Shown piece after piece: positions 30,301 to 40,845 of a stretch of 64,000 nt of DNA (position 1 is the stretch's first letter; each line of letters begins with the position of its first letter). Below the pieces are notes generated by a model. The model did not search any database, had not been told where the DNA came from, and saw only the letters and a program-made list of their open reading frames with translations. The stretch is from Lachnospira sp. (lineage in GTDB: Bacteria > Bacillota > Clostridia > Lachnospirales > Lachnospiraceae): the NCBI GenBank assembly GCA_050874785.1, contig JBNMLJ010000002.1, positions 37,278-101,277 on the forward strand, written 5' to 3'. The translations under genes and the position numbers were made by a program.

Positions 30301-31101
30301 ATGAAGAAGCTGTTAAAAATTGAATTAGACAGAGCGTTAAATAATAAATGGTTTTACATATGTCTTGTTATTGGCTTAGCCTGTGTTGTGAAAGATGTCT
30401 ATTCAGTAGCTTATTATACTAAAGAAGGATATGATTTGTATGTCAATATGCCATATTACCAGTTTCCCGGTGTATATTGCAAATGGTTTGTAACTAACTG
30501 TAGTTCTATGTATAAGCTATTACATCTGATATTTCCACTGCTTATAAGCGTGCCATATTCATATACAATATATTCGGATATCAAGAGCGGATATGCCGGC
30601 AATATTGTAAGCAGGACAGATAAGAAAATGTATTATGGAGCTAAGCTGATAACACAGTTTATTACGGGTTTTCTGGTTGTGTTTATTATATTGGCAACAT
30701 CATTTATTGCAACTGCGGCTGTGCTTCCGATGGAACATCCGACAATAACATCATTTACATATGGTGTACATATAGAAACGTGGATAGGAAAGCTGTTTTA
30801 TACAAAGCCATTGATTGGTGCTTTTGCAGCTGTATTGCTTGAGGCTGTTACATTTGGCGTTATAGGCTGTATAAGCTTTGTATTTGCTTATATTCTTGCC
30901 AATGGAATAATGGTAATTATAATATATTACACAGAATTTATTATAAGCAGTGCATTAGGCAGGCCATATATGATGGATATGTCAAGAATAGGACTTTTTA
31001 AGGGGATATATATAAAGCCATTCTTCATAGAAATGCTGGTGCTTATAATAATTATAGGTATTTCTTATATAGCAAGGGTGAAGAAAAAGGACATATATTA
31101 G
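30301..31101 (+). CDS. ABC-2-type permease-like membrane protein
   Basis: MKKLLKIELDRALNNKWFYI is a typical ABC-2 permease N-terminus, followed by multiple transmembrane segments. I chose the ATG at 30301 after GGGAGG; the ORF track starts at GTG 30241. Confidence 0.65.
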   Translation: MKKLLKIELDRALNNKWFYICLVIGLACVVKDVYSVAYYTKEGYDLYVNMPYYQFPGVYCKWFVTNCSSMYKLLHLIFPLLISVPYSYTIYSDIKSGYAGNIVSRTDKKMYYGAKLITQFITGFLVVFIILATSFIATAAVLPMEHPTITSFTYGVHIETWIGKLFYTKPLIGAFAAVLLEAVTFGVIGCISFVFAYILANGIMVIIIYYTEFIISSALGRPYMMDMSRIGLFKGIYIKPFFIEMLVLIIIIGISYIARVKKKDIY

Positions 31102-31120
31102 GCGTTAGCAGGAGAAGAGT

Positions 31121-31582
31121 ATGAAGAAACATTTTAAGAAAATAATAATCGTAATGCCTGAGAAGTACAGAGTTGTAACATCAGAAGAGCTTGTTGATAT
31201 GTATCCGTATACAGCAGATGTTATTGCCAATAAGGAAATGGATAATATAGAAATACAAAATGTGATTTTAGTATATGTCAATATGAATGTATATGATTAT
31301 GATGCGTATAAGACAGCAGCTAAAAAAGGTGACTGGACTTTATTCTGGTCAATAGAAGCAGACAATGGATGGAGAAATAACACATCTTTGGATATGTATA
31401 AGGCATTTACGCCTAATATAGAAGAAGGGGAACATCAATATATATTTACATATATTGTGACCAAAGCCTATATAGACAGCTATAAAAATGTTTCACCAGA
31501 GGAATTAAACTACAAGTTACAGATTAATAAAACACCGGTTGTTTATTATAAATTAAATAAAGAAAGGATGGAGGCAGAATGA
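31121..31582 (+). CDS. Small hypothetical protein, no transmembrane segment
   Basis: 153-aa ORF after GGAGAAG whose stop overlaps the next start (ATGA). No motif recognised. Confidence 0.55.
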   Translation: MKKHFKKIIIVMPEKYRVVTSEELVDMYPYTADVIANKEMDNIEIQNVILVYVNMNVYDYDAYKTAAKKGDWTLFWSIEADNGWRNNTSLDMYKAFTPNIEEGEHQYIFTYIVTKAYIDSYKNVSPEELNYKLQINKTPVVYYKLNKERMEAE

Positions 31583-32286
31583 GAAACGATATAAAAGGAT
31601 ATATTATATCAGCAGTGCTGGTAGTAGTACTTATTATTTCGGTAGTCGCAGGTTATAAATATGGCTATTTAGATAATATATTTAGAAAAGATACTTCAAA
31701 TATAGTAAAGAATGGCAGCAATACAAAGGTTACAGTAAGCACACAGGATATCAATAAGGACGAAGTTACATTGTTAAATAAAGGTGATACATATATGCTT
31801 GAGTATAATTCTGAAAAGATAACAGGAAAAGAAAATTCTGATGCCGATTATTGTTATAATGTAGAATATATAGATGGTTATGTGTCAAGAGAACTTCCGT
31901 CGGGGATGAGTATCAGCTTTTACAAGCAGGAAGAAAAAGAACAATTGACTGCTGATTATAGCTTTAAGGAGGGATTTTATTATGTAATGGCTGAAGTGGA
32001 TATGACGAATTTAAAGCAGGATGTTAAAAATATTGCTCCAGCAGGTATAAGTATAGGTAATTTTATTGATGGTAAGTTTAAAAATACAGGTGAGGTAAGA
32101 GGGATATCATCTGATGGTATTTCAGAGAATGGTGTTATACAGATGAATTACCAGCAGAAACAAAATATTAAATTGTGTTATATAATTTCTGATGAATATG
32201 TAGATGAAAATCTTGTTGTTCAATATGAAATGATTAATAGAAATAAATACAATGGAGAAGTTCCATATCTGGTGATTAGTAAATAA
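31579..32286 (+). CDS. Hypothetical N-terminally membrane-anchored extracytoplasmic protein
   Basis: One N-terminal transmembrane segment (YIISAVLVVVLIISVVAG) followed by a soluble domain of about 200 aa. Confidence 0.55.
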   Translation: MRNDIKGYIISAVLVVVLIISVVAGYKYGYLDNIFRKDTSNIVKNGSNTKVTVSTQDINKDEVTLLNKGDTYMLEYNSEKITGKENSDADYCYNVEYIDGYVSRELPSGMSISFYKQEEKEQLTADYSFKEGFYYVMAEVDMTNLKQDVKNIAPAGISIGNFIDGKFKNTGEVRGISSDGISENGVIQMNYQQKQNIKLCYIISDEYVDENLVVQYEMINRNKYNGEVPYLVISK

Positions 32287-32311
32287 AAAAGTAATAATAA
32301 AGGAAGCGCAT

Positions 32312-33160
32312 ATGAATATTAAAAGATTTATAATCAATGATATAAAGAGGTCTATAATACATAACAAATACCGCATTTTTATATGTGCAGGAATTGTATC
32401 AGCACTTATGATAACATTTTATTCATATGCTAATTCTAACAGAGCGGCAAATGAAGCTGGCATTATGCTTTCCTTTTATGATTACATATTATATGTGATA
32501 AGAGGGGTTGTAAGGGTTACTGGGCAGAATGTTAACAGGCTTGAAATTCCATATGTATGGATATCCCTATGTGTAATGAATGGCATTATGGTTCTTGATT
32601 ATATGTATAGCGATATGAGAGGAATTGGCAGGAATGTGCTTGTATACAGCAGAAAGAAAAGCGTATGGTGGCTTAGCAAATGTATTACAACGGTCGTATC
32701 GGTCAGCATAGTATATATTTTTATATATATTTCTGCCTGTATTTTTAGTATAATTGGCAGAGGCGGAATGTCGGGTGTGCATACAGATACATTTAGAATA
32801 CTATATCCTAAAGATACAGCATTTATGTCATCAGATATGGTAAATAGAATGTCTGTTAAAGTGTTATTATATGTGGTAATCTTTCCGTGGCTTATATCAG
32901 TGGCAATAGGACTTTTCCAGCTTGCATTAAGTCTGTATGTGAAGCCGGTGTTAAGCTTTATAATAGTTATTATTATAGATGGCTTATCGGTATTTTCTAA
33001 CAGTATACTATTATGGGGCAACTGGTTTATGGCGGAACGCTGTGATATTTTTGTAAAAAACGGACATAACACAGGTATTATATTAATTATGGCTGTAACG
33101 CTTGGCGCAATATCAGTTATAGCTGGCGGAGTTAAATTAAAAAATAGTGACGTCATATAA
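32312..33160 (+). CDS. Polytopic membrane protein, ABC-2-permease-like
   Basis: 282 aa with multiple hydrophobic segments. The N-terminus MNIKRFIINDIKRSIIHNKYRIF resembles ABC-2 permease N-termini. Confidence 0.6.
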   Translation: MNIKRFIINDIKRSIIHNKYRIFICAGIVSALMITFYSYANSNRAANEAGIMLSFYDYILYVIRGVVRVTGQNVNRLEIPYVWISLCVMNGIMVLDYMYSDMRGIGRNVLVYSRKKSVWWLSKCITTVVSVSIVYIFIYISACIFSIIGRGGMSGVHTDTFRILYPKDTAFMSSDMVNRMSVKVLLYVVIFPWLISVAIGLFQLALSLYVKPVLSFIIVIIIDGLSVFSNSILLWGNWFMAERCDIFVKNGHNTGIILIMAVTLGAISVIAGGVKLKNSDVI

Positions 33161-33247
33161 AATTATAATTTGAATAGCTTTAGTTTTAATTTCGACAGCT
33201 TTAATTACGGTTATGAATTATAGAAGGGAGCAGGGCGGATATCGGAT

Positions 33248-33961
33248 ATGCTTTACAGGATAGGAATATGTGATGATGATAATAGCATATGTGTACAATT
33301 GGCGCAGTATATAAAAGATTATTTTGATGTAAGAGAAGATAATGCAGATGTGTATACGTGGAAATCTGGTGGTGATTTAATTAAAGATTTAAACGACAAT
33401 ATAGAACTGGATATATTATTCCTCGATATAGAGCTGCCAGTTATGAATGGAATATCCATAGGCAGATATGTAAGGGAGGAGCTTAATAACGCGGTATTGC
33501 AGATAGTGTATATATCATATAAGACAAGCTATGCTATGCAGCTTTTTAATATTCATCCATATGATTTTCTGATTAAGCCTATACAGGAGGAAAATGTTGC
33601 TGAAACAATAAGTTCATTATTGCAGATAAGCAATGAAGACAGGCGTTTTTTTACTTATAAGGTTAATAAGGTGATTAATAAGGTACTGCTTGGGGATATA
33701 GTATATCTTGAAAGTGACAGGAAGCATATAAGAATTATTATGACAGACGGTACTGTTAAGGAGTATGTTGGCAGGTTAAAAGAAGAAATGGAAAGCCTGC
33801 CAGAGTATTTTATACCAATTGGGCAGTCTTATATTATTAATTACAGGCATATAAAGGAATGTAAGCCGGAATATGTTGTTATGGATAATGGGAAGCAGTT
33901 AGGAGTAAGCCGTGGATATAAAGCAGATGTGACTGCCAAAATATTAAAGCTGGGTGTGTGA
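33248..33961 (+). CDS. LytR/AlgR-family response regulator (receiver plus LytTR DNA-binding domain)
   Basis: The receiver part has ICDDD and ILFLDIELPVMNG. The LytTR part has IVYLESDRKHIRIIMTDG....IPIGQSYIINYRHI. Confidence 0.9.
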   Translation: MLYRIGICDDDNSICVQLAQYIKDYFDVREDNADVYTWKSGGDLIKDLNDNIELDILFLDIELPVMNGISIGRYVREELNNAVLQIVYISYKTSYAMQLFNIHPYDFLIKPIQEENVAETISSLLQISNEDRRFFTYKVNKVINKVLLGDIVYLESDRKHIRIIMTDGTVKEYVGRLKEEMESLPEYFIPIGQSYIINYRHIKECKPEYVVMDNGKQLGVSRGYKADVTAKILKLGV

Positions 33962-35211
33962 TGGTGTACAATATTATAATTATATTTTTGCTTATCAGAA
34001 TAATCAGGATATTGCTTGCAATTGATTATTCTAATATATTTTTTGAGAATAAGAACAGGAAGGCATTGGTGATTATGGCTGTGACAGTATATGTATTGGC
34101 TGTAATTACCGATGTTGTATTTGAGTCGTTATATATAAGGATTGTTGAAGAATTTATAATTATATATCTTATTATGAATACATATGAGGGTGAGATTGTT
34201 AAAAAGCTGGTATTATCAGTTATGAATGTTGCCCTTTACTGTATTACAGATTTTGCAACAGCTTTTATGCTGTTTGGAACGATTATTCCCAATGCCGGCA
34301 GTGTCAGCAATGAGTTCATATCTATTCTTTTATTATATCTTTGTATTGTTATAATTAAGAATATATATAAAGTAAAAGCTGGTGGACAGTTTAGCGGGCA
34401 GTGGATATATTTATTGCTTCTTGCCATAATCAGTATATCAATATGGTACATTATAGCCAAAGGCATTATAGCAACGCATAATGGAATGATGTTTGTTGGC
34501 GGAGCATTGCTTGTTATGAATATAATGTCATACAAATTGTTTGAGTATGTTACGAATTCTTATGAGTATGAGCGAGAGAATGAAAAGCTGAAAGAGCAGA
34601 TGGATATATATGAGTGCCAGATAAGTAACAGCATAGCTAATGACAGGGAAGTCCGTGAGTTAAGGCACGATATGAAGCACCATTTAAAGGAACTTCAGAT
34701 ATTAGCAGAAGCAGGCGAATACGACAGGTTAAATGAATATATAAGTGCAATGACAGATGATGCGCAGGTTCTTAATAATATGATTGGAACTGGAAATGTA
34801 GCGTTAGACGGAATTCTTAATTATATGTGCGGCAAGGCGCAGAAAGAAAATATACAGGTTACAAGAAAGATAACAGTTCCAGAAGATGCGGCATTAGTTC
34901 CTTATGATATGAATATTATACTTGGCAATCTTTTAGATAATGCGATTGAGAATTCCTTAAAGACAGATGACCCAAAGATAGATATTGTTATTAAGTACAA
35001 TATGGGTGTGCTATGTATAAATGTAATAAATAGTTGTATACACGACCAGAATATCGTCAATGGGAAATATATTTCGACCAAGAAGGATAAAGATAAGCTT
35101 CACGGTTATGGAATTATTAATGTTAAGAAATGTGTTGCAAAGTATAATGGAACAGTTGTATTTGGCAGTGATGATAATAGCTTTAAGGCGGAAGTGTTAT
35201 TGTATATATAA
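33958..35211 (+). CDS. AgrC-like (HPK10-type) membrane sensor histidine kinase with a GHKL ATPase domain
   Basis: About six N-terminal transmembrane segments, an H-box at ELRHDMKHHL, an N-box at LGNLLDNAIE and a G-box region at HGYGIINVKK. The start overlaps the regulator stop. Confidence 0.85.
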   Translation: MMVYNIIIIFLLIRIIRILLAIDYSNIFFENKNRKALVIMAVTVYVLAVITDVVFESLYIRIVEEFIIIYLIMNTYEGEIVKKLVLSVMNVALYCITDFATAFMLFGTIIPNAGSVSNEFISILLLYLCIVIIKNIYKVKAGGQFSGQWIYLLLLAIISISIWYIIAKGIIATHNGMMFVGGALLVMNIMSYKLFEYVTNSYEYERENEKLKEQMDIYECQISNSIANDREVRELRHDMKHHLKELQILAEAGEYDRLNEYISAMTDDAQVLNNMIGTGNVALDGILNYMCGKAQKENIQVTRKITVPEDAALVPYDMNIILGNLLDNAIENSLKTDDPKIDIVIKYNMGVLCINVINSCIHDQNIVNGKYISTKKDKDKLHGYGIINVKKCVAKYNGTVVFGSDDNSFKAEVLLYI

Positions 35212-35288
35212 AGAAGATAATATATAAATGTACAGAGAACTTGATGTTATATATTAAGTAAATAATATAAGTAAACAATATATATATA

Positions 35289-35359
35289 AACACCTTAATA
35301 CCAGACATAATCGGATATTCTAAAATGCGAATATCAGTTTATAGAGGTATTAAGGTGTT
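35289..35359. terminator. Hairpin between convergent genes, a possible bidirectional terminator
   Basis: AACACCTTAATACC (35289-35302) pairs with GGTATTAAGGTGTT (35346-35359). An inner GATATTC/GAATATC hairpin is present and both flanks are T/A-rich. Confidence 0.5.
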
Positions 35360-35399
35360 ATTTATATTTATCTGATTATTAAGTCCCTGTCATTGATAA

Positions 35400-36692
35400 T
35401 TAGTTATCCGCAGTAACCTCAGAGTTAAAGGTTTCTCTGTTGACAAGACCTTCCTGATTAGCAACGATAGTTGTACATACAGCATCACCAGTGATATTAA
35501 CGGCTGTTCTTAACATATCAAGAATTCGGTCAATACCCATAATAAGGGCGATACCTTCTGTTGGAACACCTACGCTCTGGAATACCATTGCAAGTGTTAT
35601 AAGACCTACAGATGGCACACCACTTGTTCCGATTGAAGCAAGTGTAGCTGTTACAATTACTGTAACAAGGTCAGATGGAGAAAGTGTAATTCCAAATATC
35701 TGTGCTACAAATATTACGGCAACACCCTGCATAATTGATGTACCGTCCATATTAACAGTAGCACCAAGTGGTATTGTGAAAGATGATATTTTCTTGCTTA
35801 CACCAAGCTTTTTATCAAGTGTGTTGATTGAAAGCGGAATTGTTGCATTTGATGTAGCTGTTGTAAATGCGAAGTTCATAACTGGGAAGAACTTCTTTAA
35901 GAACTTAAATGGATTAAGTCTTGTAAAGAGGAATAAAAGTAACTGGTATACTACGAAGCACTGGATAGCAAGTGCGAGTATTACGCAGCCCATATATTTA
36001 AGCATTGGAACAAATGCGTCAAAACCAATATTGGCAAATGTTCTTGCGATAAGGCAGAATACACCGACAGGAGCTGCCTTCATAACTGCCATAGTCATTT
36101 CCATCATAAGGTCATTGAACTGGCTGAAAAAGTTAGCTACAGTTGATGCCTTATTACCCATTTTTGCTAAAAGAATACCTACGAATAATGCAAATACGAT
36201 AATTGGAAGCATATCAGCAGTTGCAAGTGATTCAACAGGATTCTTAGGTATTATGTTAAGAAGTGTTTCTGTAAGCGGCTGTTTCTCAGCGATAGTTACA
36301 CTGCTTGTAGATACATTTTCAATTGTAACACCAATACCGGGATTGATGAGCATAGCAACTGATAATGCAACTGATACAGCAACAGCAGTAGTAAGAAGAT
36401 AGAAAAGAATAGCTTTAATACCTACTTTACCAAGTGTCTTAGTATCACCGATAGCCATACTTCCGCATATAAGTGAGCAGAATACAAGTGGAACTACAAG
36501 CATCTGCATAAGGCGGATAAAGCCTTGTCCGATTACATAGAGGACACCCTCAACGATAACTGAATCACGGATATAGCCTGCTGGCATAAAATAGTGTATT
36601 AAAACACCACTTATTGCACCAGCTATAAGCGCGATGAATATCTTAGTAGAAAGACCCATAGGCTTTTTTGTGTTTTTTGAAGTGTTTTCCAT
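35400..36692 (-). CDS. Dicarboxylate/amino acid:cation symporter (DAACS family)
   Basis: 430-aa polytopic protein. TSSATIP-like (TATSNATIPL) and VNMDGT motifs are typical of GltP/SstT-type carriers. Confidence 0.85.
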   Translation of the reverse strand: MENTSKNTKKPMGLSTKIFIALIAGAISGVLIHYFMPAGYIRDSVIVEGVLYVIGQGFIRLMQMLVVPLVFCSLICGSMAIGDTKTLGKVGIKAILFYLLTTAVAVSVALSVAMLINPGIGVTIENVSTSSVTIAEKQPLTETLLNIIPKNPVESLATADMLPIIVFALFVGILLAKMGNKASTVANFFSQFNDLMMEMTMAVMKAAPVGVFCLIARTFANIGFDAFVPMLKYMGCVILALAIQCFVVYQLLLFLFTRLNPFKFLKKFFPVMNFAFTTATSNATIPLSINTLDKKLGVSKKISSFTIPLGATVNMDGTSIMQGVAVIFVAQIFGITLSPSDLVTVIVTATLASIGTSGVPSVGLITLAMVFQSVGVPTEGIALIMGIDRILDMLRTAVNITGDAVCTTIVANQEGLVNRETFNSEVTADN

Positions 36693-36695
36693 TCT

Positions 36696-37535
36696 TTAGT
36701 GGCCTCCTGATAAATTAATATATTCTTTAAGAGCATCTTTCCAGTTCTTAGGCTGTTCAATATGTTCAAGTCTTAACATCATATTATCAAGAACTGAATA
36801 TACTGGTTTATTATTGTTGGCAGGAACAAGCTTTAACTTGTCTGTTGCATTGGCATATTCAAGAATAGTCTGTGCATATTCAAGACGGCTGCAAGAACCC
36901 TGGCATACAGCGTGGTATATTCCAAGACACTCATTTTTGATGAAATATTCAATAACCCTGGCAAGCTCAGAAGCACTTGTAGGACACGCATATTCATATT
37001 CAGATACAGTGAGTTCATTTACAGAAGGATCTTTAACTGCTGAAAGCACAGTGTTAAGGAAATCCTGTCCTATTCCATATACCCAGCTGCTTCTAAGTAT
37101 TACATAACGTGAACAGAAAGACTGTATATAAGCTTCACCGGCGAGCTTGCTTTTTCCGTATACATTTCTAGGATTAGGTGTATCAAATTCATTATAAGCA
37201 TGATCTTCTATACCAGAGAATATATCATCTGTAGATATGTGAATAAGCTTTGCACCGATAGACTGTGCCATAACAGCAAGGTTTCTTGTTCCTACAGCAT
37301 TTACTGCAAATGCTTTGTCGGGATTAGCTTCACAGCCTGCAACATCACTGTAACCAACGCAGTTGATAATGATGTCAGGGCGGTTAACTCTTGCATAATT
37401 GTTGACAGCCTCAAGGTCTGTAACATCGACTTCGTCAACATCAGTAGGGAATATTTCATACTCACGGCAGTCTAAGAGAGCAGAAAGTGCAGTACCAACA
37501 TGGCCTTTAGCACCGGTAATCCATATTTTTTCCAT
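36696..37535 (-). CDS. RmlD-like SDR (dTDP-4-dehydrorhamnose reductase family)
   Basis: ITGAKGHVGTAL nucleotide-binding motif, a YGKSKLAGE catalytic YxxxK, and a length and layout like RfbD. Its stop lies 3 nt upstream of the transporter start. Confidence 0.7.
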   Translation of the reverse strand: MEKIWITGAKGHVGTALSALLDCREYEIFPTDVDEVDVTDLEAVNNYARVNRPDIIINCVGYSDVAGCEANPDKAFAVNAVGTRNLAVMAQSIGAKLIHISTDDIFSGIEDHAYNEFDTPNPRNVYGKSKLAGEAYIQSFCSRYVILRSSWVYGIGQDFLNTVLSAVKDPSVNELTVSEYEYACPTSASELARVIEYFIKNECLGIYHAVCQGSCSRLEYAQTILEYANATDKLKLVPANNNKPVYSVLDNMMLRLEHIEQPKNWKDALKEYINLSGGH

Positions 37536-37842
37536 ATAACCTCCATTCCAGCACTAACGCTTTCGCATAGCGCATTAAATATAATTTGTGATTTAGCTGC
37601 ATATAATATATGTTAAAGAATAAGCTGGATAGCTTATATCATAATATGTGTATATGCAAACAATTAATTATACAATAAACTTGTCATTTGGCAAGTATTT
37701 TAAAAATGAAAATTATGCCAGAAGACTTTAAAAAGTTATAAATAATTGCTAGTTATAAAAATTATATAAATAGATTACAATATTGGCAAGGTATGGTACA
37801 ATATATAAATATATTGATTTTATTAATTAAAGAGGTTTTCAG

Positions 37843-40818
37843 ATGAGTTTTGACGTAAAAAAGAAGATAGAAGAATTGAATAAATCGGACATAATAAGCG
37901 GCAGTAATGCAAGATATGATATTGTCCTTGAAGAAGAATTAAAAGATCTTAATTCAGCAGGTATTATATTAAGACATAAGAAATCAGGAGCGAGGGTTGT
38001 CGTTATATCTAATGATGATAATAATAAGGTATTTTCAATAGGTTTTAAGACACCACCATTTAACGATACAGGAATGCAGCATATAATTGAACATTCAACA
38101 TTGTGTGGTTCAAGAAAATATCCTGTTAAAGATCCATTTGTTGAACTATGCAAGGGTTCACTTAATACATTTCTTAATGCTATGACTTATCCAGACAAGA
38201 CAGTATATCCAGTGGCAAGCTGTAATGATACTGACTTTAAGAATATTATGGATGTATATATGGATGCGGTGTTCTATCCTGCAATGTATGAAAAGCCAGA
38301 GATATTTATGCAGGAAGGCTGGCATTATGAGCTTGATAATGTAGATGATGATATCAAGTATAATGGTGTTGTATTTAATGAGATGAAGGGCGCATTTTCA
38401 TCACCAGATGATGTGCTTTCAAGATATACATTTGTATCATTATTCCCGGATACTGTATACAAGAATGAATCGGGCGGTGACCCTGAGGTTATACCTACAC
38501 TTAAGTATGAGGATTTCCTTAAGTACCACAAGGAATATTATCACCCATCTAACAGCTATATATATATCTATGGCGATATGGATGTTAATGAAAGACTTGA
38601 ATATCTTGACAGGGAATATCTCTCAGATTTTGATGCCTCAGAGGTTGATATTGATGCCAATATAGAAAGACAGGCAGCATTTGACAAGCCTGTATATGAA
38701 ACAAAGCCTTATGCCATAACAGAAGATGAGCCATTGGAGGATAATACTTATCTTTCATATAATGCAGTTATTGGAACTTCTGTAGATGCCAAGCTCTATC
38801 TTGCATTCCAGATACTTGATTATGCACTGGTTATGACACCGGGAGCACCTGTTAAGCAGGCACTTTTAGATGCAGGCATAAGTACTGATGTGTATTCAAG
38901 CTATGAGACATCACTTTACCAGCCTGTATATTCAATAGTTGCCAAGAATTCTAATCTTAAGGAGCAGGATAGATTCATATCAGTTATCAATGAAACATTA
39001 GAAAAGCTTGTTAAGGACGGAATTAATGAAAGAACAATAGAAGCCGGAATTAATTATTACGAATTCAAATACAGGGAAGCAGATTATGGTCCATATCCAA
39101 AGGGACTTATGTATTACCTTACTATGATGGATAGCTGGTTATATGATGAAACAAAGCCATTTATCCATATCGAGGCAGGAGATACATTTGATGAGTTAAA
39201 GAAAGATGCCAAGAATGGATATTTTGAGAAGCTTATAAAAGAATATCTTCTTGATAACAACCACAAGTCAATTATAAGCCTTGTTCCAGAGTATGGGCTT
39301 GAGAAGGAAAAGGAACAAAAGGAAGCGGACAAGCTTGCAGAGTATAAGAGCACATTGACTAATGACGAATTAGAAGAGCTTGTTAAAAAGACAAAGGAGT
39401 TAAAGGAATATCAGGATACTCCATCAAGCCAGGAAGATCTTGAAAAGATACCAATGCTTGAGCTGTCAGATATTAAAAGAGAGCCTGCTAAGGATTATAA
39501 TGATGTTAAGAGTGCAGAAGGAATTAAGATAGTACACCATAATATATTCACTAATAAGATTGCATATATTAATCTGTCATTTGATACTAAGTGTGTTCCA
39601 GATGAACTTATACCATATATGGGATTGTTAGGCTCATCATTAAGCCTTATGGATACTAAGAATTATACTTATCCAGAGCTTACTAACGAGATTAATATTA
39701 ACTGCGGTGGTCTTGCAACAGGAACAGCTATATATAGTGATAAGGTTGATTTTAGTAAGAATACAATTGTATATGAGGTTAAGAGTAAGGCGTTATATGA
39801 GAAAGTTCCATTTGTGCTTGGTATGATGGAAGAGATTATGTATAATACCAGATTTGATGACTATAAGAGATTAAAGGAGATAATTGCAAGAATTAAATCA
39901 AGACTTGAAGCTTCTCTTATGGGACAGGGACATTCAATTGCTATGTTAGAGTGCTGTGCACAGTTCTCAGAGTCGGCTTATTACTCAGAGATATTAAGGG
40001 GTTACAAATATTATGAGTTCATTAAGAAGCTTGATGAAGAATTTGAACAGAATAAGACACAGATAGTGGATAAGCTTAATAAGCTTGTTGGATATATATT
40101 CAATAAGGATAATGTTATAGTAAGCCTTACAGCAGATGATGAAGGCTATGACTGCTTTGTTAAGGCATTGTCAGCCAAGAGCTGTAATATCAAAGATGAA
40201 CATTGTAAGACAGCGGTAAGAAGCTTTACACCAGTTAATGTAAAGACTGGATATACATCAGCATCACAGGTTCAGTATGTTGCAAGATGTGGTAATTTCG
40301 TAAAGGACGGCTATAAGTATACAGGAGCACTTAAGGTGTTAAAGGTTATATTCTCTTATGATTATCTCTGGATTAATGTAAGAGTTAAAGGCGGAGCTTA
40401 CGGCTGTATGAGTGGTTCATCAAGAAATGGTGATTTCTATATGGTATCTTACAGAGATCCTAATCTTGAAAAGACTAATGATATATATGAGGGTGCGGCT
40501 GATTATATAAGGAATTTTGATGTCAGCAGGAGAGATATGGTTAAGTTCATAATAGGAACTATAGGAGAGATAGATGCACCTCTTACGCCATCAGCTATGG
40601 GCAGCAGATCATTTACACATTATATGTGCAATTGCACACAAGATATGTTAAGAAAAGACAGGGAAGAAGTTCTTGATGCGACAGTTGAGAGTATAAGAGA
40701 GCTTGCTCCACTTATAGAATCAGCAGTTAGGCAGAATTATTTCTGCGTAGTAGGTAACCAGAAACAGGTTAATGAGGCGGCAGATTTATTTGATGAAATA
40801 AAGCCTCTTATCGGATAA
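37843..40818 (+). CDS. Insulinase-family metallopeptidase, M16C (PreP-like)
   Basis: HIIEHSTLCGSRKYPVKDPF contains the inverted zinc motif HxxEH. The ~990-aa four-domain size is typical of M16C. Confidence 0.85.
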   Translation: MSFDVKKKIEELNKSDIISGSNARYDIVLEEELKDLNSAGIILRHKKSGARVVVISNDDNNKVFSIGFKTPPFNDTGMQHIIEHSTLCGSRKYPVKDPFVELCKGSLNTFLNAMTYPDKTVYPVASCNDTDFKNIMDVYMDAVFYPAMYEKPEIFMQEGWHYELDNVDDDIKYNGVVFNEMKGAFSSPDDVLSRYTFVSLFPDTVYKNESGGDPEVIPTLKYEDFLKYHKEYYHPSNSYIYIYGDMDVNERLEYLDREYLSDFDASEVDIDANIERQAAFDKPVYETKPYAITEDEPLEDNTYLSYNAVIGTSVDAKLYLAFQILDYALVMTPGAPVKQALLDAGISTDVYSSYETSLYQPVYSIVAKNSNLKEQDRFISVINETLEKLVKDGINERTIEAGINYYEFKYREADYGPYPKGLMYYLTMMDSWLYDETKPFIHIEAGDTFDELKKDAKNGYFEKLIKEYLLDNNHKSIISLVPEYGLEKEKEQKEADKLAEYKSTLTNDELEELVKKTKELKEYQDTPSSQEDLEKIPMLELSDIKREPAKDYNDVKSAEGIKIVHHNIFTNKIAYINLSFDTKCVPDELIPYMGLLGSSLSLMDTKNYTYPELTNEININCGGLATGTAIYSDKVDFSKNTIVYEVKSKALYEKVPFVLGMMEEIMYNTRFDDYKRLKEIIARIKSRLEASLMGQGHSIAMLECCAQFSESAYYSEILRGYKYYEFIKKLDEEFEQNKTQIVDKLNKLVGYIFNKDNVIVSLTADDEGYDCFVKALSAKSCNIKDEHCKTAVRSFTPVNVKTGYTSASQVQYVARCGNFVKDGYKYTGALKVLKVIFSYDYLWINVRVKGGAYGCMSGSSRNGDFYMVSYRDPNLEKTNDIYEGAADYIRNFDVSRRDMVKFIIGTIGEIDAPLTPSAMGSRSFTHYMCNCTQDMLRKDREEVLDATVESIRELAPLIESAVRQNYFCVVGNQKQVNEAADLFDEIKPLIG

Positions 40819-40845
40819 AGGATATGGATATATAAGGAGAATACG

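Noticed and set aside
35491-36402. 303-aa plus-strand ORF
   Set aside because: It lies entirely antisense to the well-supported DAACS transporter gene. Its composition is low-complexity Ile/Thr/Ser/Ala-rich, as expected for a shadow frame, with no RBS or motif.
36696-37535. Solitary RmlD-like reductase co-oriented with an amino-acid/dicarboxylate symporter, as a possible novel pairing
   Set aside because: The assignment rests only on generic SDR motifs, and I cannot distinguish RmlD from other SDRs by eye. Tight spacing alone is not enough to claim a functional link.
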